NCBI GenBank assembly: GCA_039802605.1
Contig: JBDRWW010000001.1
Location: 282,227 to 346,226, forward strand
Reading direction: 5' to 3'
Length of the DNA: 64,000 bases
Source: a candidate division WOR-3 bacterium
GTDB lineage: Bacteria; Hydrothermota; Hydrothermia; LBFQ01
Shown: piece by piece, positions 59,265 through 64,000 of the stretch
Numbering within the stretch: position 1 is the first letter of the stretch
Layout of the letters: each line of letters begins with the position of its first letter
Notes under the pieces: model-generated
Database searches by the model: none
Seen by the model: only the letters and a program-made list of their open reading frames with translations
Told to the model about the DNA's origin: nothing
Program-made: the position numbers and the translations under genes

Positions 59265-60235
59265 TTTGGTTTGATTTGGCAAATTCTCCACATGTTATGT
59301 TTTTCAGGCCAATAATTGAGGTTTTACAAAAGGATTTTAATGTTTTCATAACGGCAAGGGATTTCTCGGAAACCATATCCCTTTTAAGGATGCTTGACAT
59401 AAACTACATACCCGTTGGAAGGTATGGCGGAAGGGGGAAAATCGGGAAGGTTATATCAACTTTTAAAAGGGTTAAAGGTTTTATAAACCTTTTCAAAGGA
59501 GAAAAACCCAATCTTGCCGTGTCCCACAACTCATACGACCAGATACTGGCCAGTAGGTTAATGGGGATAAGAAACATAACGTTTATGGATTACGATAAGC
59601 AACCCGCCAACCATTTGGCTTTTAGACTTTCCGATATAGTTGTGGTTCAGGAGTGGTTTCCGGAAGATGCGTTAAGACAATTCGGTGCAAAAAGGGTTAT
59701 AAGGTATAAGGGATTAAAGGAAGAGGTTTATTTAAGGGATTTCAAACCCGATGCGGAAATACCCCGAAAATTTAACATAAAAAGACCTTTTGTCCTTGCA
59801 AGGCCTCCCTCAACCTCCTCCCTATACCAAAGGGGATATGGTATCTTTTGGGAGGTTTTAAAAACTTTAAAGGACAAGGGGGTAGATGTTAGGGTTTTGC
59901 ACAGAAATCCGGAGGATGAGGAGATATGTAAGGATTTAAACTTACCCTTACTTTCAAAACCCATAGATGCCCCACAGCTAATATTTTGGGCCGATGCCTT
60001 CATAGGGGGTGGTGGAACCATGACGAGGGAGGCGGTTATCTTGGGAACCCCGGCATATTCCGTTTTACCCATGCCCGGATTTTTGGATAGAAAATTGGAG
60101 GATTTGGGATTTTTGAAGTTTATAAGGGGTGTTGAGGATGTTAAAATTGACCTGAAAGGGGAGTTTAAACCCCATTTCTTCAACCCCAATATTCTGGAAG
60201 ACATCGTTAAAATTATAAAGGATGCCCTGAGCTGA
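59252..60235 (+). CDS. DUF354-family (GT-B-like) protein
   Basis: 327 aa; N-terminal IWFDLANSPHVMFFRPII...ITARD pattern typical of DUF354. Confidence 0.45.
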   Translation: MRGVIWFDLANSPHVMFFRPIIEVLQKDFNVFITARDFSETISLLRMLDINYIPVGRYGGRGKIGKVISTFKRVKGFINLFKGEKPNLAVSHNSYDQILASRLMGIRNITFMDYDKQPANHLAFRLSDIVVVQEWFPEDALRQFGAKRVIRYKGLKEEVYLRDFKPDAEIPRKFNIKRPFVLARPPSTSSLYQRGYGIFWEVLKTLKDKGVDVRVLHRNPEDEEICKDLNLPLLSKPIDAPQLIFWADAFIGGGGTMTREAVILGTPAYSVLPMPGFLDRKLEDLGFLKFIRGVEDVKIDLKGEFKPHFFNPNILEDIVKIIKDALS

Positions 60236-61193
60236 TTTTACAAAGGGTGTTTATGAGGAATTGCTTGAATTTTTCAATGCCCTCACCCGTTTTTGCGCTT
60301 ATGGGAATGTATTCAAATGGGAGCTTTGGGAGCCCATCTAATAAGTCTATTTTGTTTAGCACCACTATTTGCGGTTTTTTCAAAATCTCGCTTTTGAACC
60401 TATTTATTTCGGAAATGAGGATTTCGTATTGCTTTTCCGGATTCCTTGTCCCATCCAATACAAACACTATTAGATTAACCCTATCCAAATGCTTTAAAAA
60501 TTCCAAACCCAAACCCCTACCCTCCGATGCCCCCTCAATTATGCCCGGAATATCCCCTATGGTTATCTCACAATAGGGGGTTCTTATTACCCCCAAATTT
60601 GGGGAAAGTGTTGTAAATTCCCAATCCCCAACCCTGGCCTCCGTACCCGTTAAAGCGTTTAAAAGGGTGGTCTTTCCGGCATTTGGAAACCCAACCAATC
60701 CCACATCCGCAAGGAGCTTCAAAACAAGCCTTAAATTCCTCCTTTCACCGGATTTTCCCAGCGTTCTCTTTGAAGGGGATCTCTCCGTTGAGGTTGCAAA
60801 ATGTTTATTACCCAACCCACCATTTCCCCCCTTAGCCACCAATAATATCTGTCCATCCTCAATTATTTCTCCCAAAACCTCGCCCGAATCGTCATCAATT
60901 ACGACCGTCCCGAGGGGTACGGGTATGTACAAATCCTCACCCTTTCTTCCGTTTAAATCCCCCCTAGCATCTTTACCATCCTCGGCTTTGTAATACCGAT
61001 TATATTTGAAATCCAAAAGGGAATACAAGGACCTTTTCCCTATCAGGTACACATTCCCCCCTCTACCCCCATCTCCGCCATCAGGCCCCCCTTTTGGCAT
61101 ATACTTCTCCCTCCTAAAATGAACCGCTCCATCACCGCCCTTTCCGCCCTCAACCGTTATTACAACCTCATCAACAAATCTATACTTTCCCAT
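60213..61193 (-). CDS. obg: GTPase Obg
   Basis: 326 aa; Obg fold Gly-rich N-terminus (GGKGGDGAVHFRREKYMPKGGPDGGDGGRGG) and G1-G4 GTPase motifs. Confidence 0.85.
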   Translation of the reverse strand: MGKYRFVDEVVITVEGGKGGDGAVHFRREKYMPKGGPDGGDGGRGGNVYLIGKRSLYSLLDFKYNRYYKAEDGKDARGDLNGRKGEDLYIPVPLGTVVIDDDSGEVLGEIIEDGQILLVAKGGNGGLGNKHFATSTERSPSKRTLGKSGERRNLRLVLKLLADVGLVGFPNAGKTTLLNALTGTEARVGDWEFTTLSPNLGVIRTPYCEITIGDIPGIIEGASEGRGLGLEFLKHLDRVNLIVFVLDGTRNPEKQYEILISEINRFKSEILKKPQIVVLNKIDLLDGLPKLPFEYIPISAKTGEGIEKFKQFLINTLCKISSGHPL

Positions 61194-62208
61194 CCCTAAC
61201 CCTTTTTAAATCCTCCTCCACCATCAACCTTACCAATTCCTTAAATTTCGTCTTAGGCTCCCAACCGAGTACCCTTTTCGCTTTCTCGTAATTACCTATT
61301 AGGACATCAACCTCGGCGGGTCTGTAAAACTCGGGAGAAACCTCAACCAATACCTTACCGGTTTTTCTATCTATCCCCTTTTCCTCCAATCCACTACCCT
61401 CCCAAACAATTTCAAAACCCGCCACTTTAAACGCTTCCTCTATAAATTCCCTAACGGAATGACTTTCTCCCGTTGCCAAAACATAGTCATCCGGTTTTTC
61501 CCGCTGCATCATTAACCACATCCCATACACATATTCCGGGGCATACCCCCAATCCCTCTTTGCGTCCAAGTTCCCAACAACCAGCTTATCCTGTTTTCCG
61601 TATTTGATTTTTGCAACCGTTAAGCTTACCTTCCTCGTTATAAACTCCTGCCCCCTTAAAGGGGATTCGTGGTTGAACAATATACCCGAGCACGCAAAAA
61701 TGCCGTATGCTTCCCTATAATTTACGGTTATCCAATGCGCGAAGAGCTTTGAGACCGCATAAGGGCTGCGAGGATAAAAGTACGAATTTTCATCCAGGGG
61801 GAGAGTCTTGACCTTTCCAAACATTTCGCTCGTTGATGCCTGGTAAAACTTTGTATCCGGTTTAATAGTTTTAATCGCTTCCAAAATCCTTAAAGTTCCA
61901 ATGGCGTTAATTTCCGAGGTTATAATGGGTTGTTCAAAGGATGCGGCTACAAAACTCTGGGCTGCGAGGTTATACACCTCGTCGGGCTTAACCCTTTCTA
62001 TTGTCCTCCAAATGTTTGAAAACTCCAACAAATCCATATAAACAATCTTTACATCGTTTATTATTCCAAGCTCCTTTAACCTCCAAAATCCCCCCTCTCC
62101 ACTCCTCCTATCAGCCCCATAAACCTCATATCCCTTCTCCAAAAGCAGTTTTGCCAAATATGCCCCATCCTGTCCCCTAATTCCCGTGATTAGAGCCACT
62201 TTTGACAT
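61180..62208 (-). CDS. gmd: GDP-mannose 4,6-dehydratase
   Basis: conserved start MSKVALITGIRGQDGAYL (ORF track extends 17 codons further upstream to 62259); extended SDR family YxxxK. Confidence 0.8.
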   Translation of the reverse strand: MSKVALITGIRGQDGAYLAKLLLEKGYEVYGADRRSGEGGFWRLKELGIINDVKIVYMDLLEFSNIWRTIERVKPDEVYNLAAQSFVAASFEQPIITSEINAIGTLRILEAIKTIKPDTKFYQASTSEMFGKVKTLPLDENSYFYPRSPYAVSKLFAHWITVNYREAYGIFACSGILFNHESPLRGQEFITRKVSLTVAKIKYGKQDKLVVGNLDAKRDWGYAPEYVYGMWLMMQREKPDDYVLATGESHSVREFIEEAFKVAGFEIVWEGSGLEEKGIDRKTGKVLVEVSPEFYRPAEVDVLIGNYEKAKRVLGWEPKTKFKELVRLMVEEDLKRVRDGKV

Positions 62209-62261
62209 AGTCGGGTATTCTAAGGCCTTTAAAAAACAAAACGGGGGTAAAATTCCCACCT

Positions 62262-63029
62262 ATGAAGTTTGTCGTATTTGAGAAGAGGGAAAGAATGGCC
62301 ATTATAAGGATAAACAGGCCTGATAAGCTGAACGCCCTATCACCCGAAGTTTTGGACGAGTTGGAAACCTGTGTGGATGAAGTTTCCAAAGATAATGGTA
62401 TTTTAAGCGCAATAATTACGGGAACGGGAAAGGCATTCGTTGCCGGGGCTGATATAGGTTATATTAAAACCCTTGATGAAGAAGGCGGTTATAAAATGGC
62501 TTTGAGGGGTCAGGAGGTATTCTCAAAAATAGAGAATTCTCCTAAGGTTTTCATAGCGGCCGTAAACGGTTATGCCCTAGGAGGGGGATGCGAATTGGCC
62601 TTGGCTTGCGACTTTATAATAGCCTCGGAAAACGCCGTTTTTGGGCAACCCGAGGTTAATCTTGGGATTATGCCCGGATGGGGTGCGACGCAGAGGTTGG
62701 TAAGGAAGGTTGGCATGAATTGGGCCAAATATCTAATACTAACGGGTGATAGGATAGACGCAAGGATGGCATATAACATAGGTCTGGTTCAGAAGGTTGT
62801 AAATCACGATAACCTTATGGATGAGGCCATAAATATAGCAAACATTATAGCGGAGAAGGGGCCATTGGCCCTTAAACTTTCAAAGGAAGCTATCAATAAA
62901 TCCTTTGAACTCGGGGATTTCGGTTTTAATTATGAGGCCATTCTCTTTGGAAAAACCGTTGGGAGCCCTGAGAAGGATGAAGGGATAAACGCATTCTTTG
63001 AAAAGAGAAAACCCAACTTCTTGAAATGA
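62262..63029 (+). CDS. enoyl-CoA hydratase/isomerase (crotonase family)
   Basis: 255 aa; crotonase fold motifs (AAVNGYALGGGCELALACDF, oxyanion hole). Confidence 0.8.
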   Translation: MKFVVFEKRERMAIIRINRPDKLNALSPEVLDELETCVDEVSKDNGILSAIITGTGKAFVAGADIGYIKTLDEEGGYKMALRGQEVFSKIENSPKVFIAAVNGYALGGGCELALACDFIIASENAVFGQPEVNLGIMPGWGATQRLVRKVGMNWAKYLILTGDRIDARMAYNIGLVQKVVNHDNLMDEAINIANIIAEKGPLALKLSKEAINKSFELGDFGFNYEAILFGKTVGSPEKDEGINAFFEKRKPNFLK

Positions 63030-63739
63030 AACTTTCCATTGTTATACCGGTTTATAACGAGAAGGATTTTTTCCCCATCATATTTGATAAGGTTTATAAA
63101 ATGGATTTCGGTTTAGACAAGGAAATAATCGTAGTGGATGATTTTTCCAAAGACGGCACACGGGAATGGATAAGGGAAAACATAGAAGGTCTCCCCAATG
63201 TTAAGGTGATTTATCACGAAAAGAACGGTGGGAAAGGGGCGGCTTTGCATACAGCCTTTAAACACGCATCGGGTGACATAATAGCAATTCAAGATGCGGA
63301 TTTGGAATACGACCCTAACGACCTTATACCTATGATAAAACTCATAACCGATGGTCATGCGGATGTGGTATACGGTTCAAGGTTTTACGGAAGGCCCCAC
63401 AGGGTCCTTTACTTTCACCACTTTATGGGGAACAAAATAATATCAAACTTGATTAACCTTGTATGCGATATGACATTTTCCGATATTGAGGTATGCTATA
63501 AGGTTTTCAAAAGGGAAATCCTCAATTACTTTGATCTAACCCTTACGGATTTCGGTTTTGAAGTTGAATTTACGATGAAAATGTCAAAGGTTGCAAAGTT
63601 AAAGGGTTGGCGTGTTTATGAGATGGGTATAAGTTATCATGGGAGGACTTATGCGGAAGGCAAAAAGATAAACTGGAAGGATGGAGTAAAGGCCCTTCTT
63701 TATATCCTTCGTTTTGCATTTTGGAAACCAAAGGTGTAA
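63026..63739 (+). CDS. family 2 glycosyltransferase (polyprenol-phosphate sugar transferase-like)
   Basis: 237 aa; LSIVIPVYNE, DDFSKDGT, QDADLEYDP (DxD) motifs. Confidence 0.75.
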   Translation: MKLSIVIPVYNEKDFFPIIFDKVYKMDFGLDKEIIVVDDFSKDGTREWIRENIEGLPNVKVIYHEKNGGKGAALHTAFKHASGDIIAIQDADLEYDPNDLIPMIKLITDGHADVVYGSRFYGRPHRVLYFHHFMGNKIISNLINLVCDMTFSDIEVCYKVFKREILNYFDLTLTDFGFEVEFTMKMSKVAKLKGWRVYEMGISYHGRTYAEGKKINWKDGVKALLYILRFAFWKPKV

Positions 63740-63768
63740 AAGTTTAAATCTACCTTATAATGACGGCC

Positions 63769-64000
63769 TTATGAGAGAAGATTTAAGAAATGCTGTAAAA
63801 GGCACGGCTTGGGCAAAGTTTATATCGGTAATGATGATTTTAGGAGGAATAGTGAGTATCTTAGGGTGTATAACTATACCCTTAGGTATAGTTCAAATAA
63901 TGGCTGCTATGAAGCTGTTGAGAACCGCCGAAGAAATGAACAGATATAAGAATACGGCGGATGACAGATATTTATACGGTGTATTGGAGAATCTTAGCGG
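63769..64000 (+). CDS. hypothetical membrane protein (3' end truncated by the window edge)
   Basis: partial ORF with a predicted TM helix; runs off the window end. Confidence 0.3.

Overview
This 64 kb window looks like a chromosomal segment of a low-GC (about 42%) bacterium, probably a thermophile. Type-IX-secretion C-terminal domains, a GWxTD protein, CarbopepD_reg outer-membrane barrels and Kbl point to the FCB/Ignavibacteria-like lineages, but this is inference from protein signatures only. Most of the window is compact housekeeping and envelope genes, many joined by ATGA/TAATG start-stop overlaps. Named genes include kbl, trmD, prfB, murG, tmk, nuoL, rmlD, tRNA-His, asd, tatC, alaS, rlmB, prfA, uvrA, nuoD, purS, tsaB, hupB-like, ssrA, nuoF, gcvT, tilS, obg and gmd. 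The most notable observations are: (1) four tandem Uma2-family endonuclease paralogs with a mosaic N-half/C-half pattern and a 50-nt block that is identical in all four copies; (2) a 1.3 kb high-GC (about 60-67%) segment abutting the 3' end of the tmRNA gene that holds frameshifted crtB/crtI-like carotenoid gene fragments, read as a decayed genomic-island remnant or an assembly chimera; (3) a 30-codon Arg/Lys-rich ORF with a strong Shine-Dalgarno, translationally coupled to the HU gene, resembling bS22/AURKAIP1-type ribosomal peptides; (4) an array of GGTGTCTAAATTT half-sites, including a perfect 20-bp palindrome, upstream of purS; (5) a prfB +1 frameshift site that uses UAA instead of the canonical UGA; (6) nuoL, nuoD and nuoF at three separate loci; (7) a cupredoxin-like lipoprotein followed by an apparently frameshifted SCO1/SenC-like gene; (8) a DnaQ-like exonuclease followed by a possible degenerate GIY-YIG protein. 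No CRISPR array, rRNA or intact mobile element was seen.
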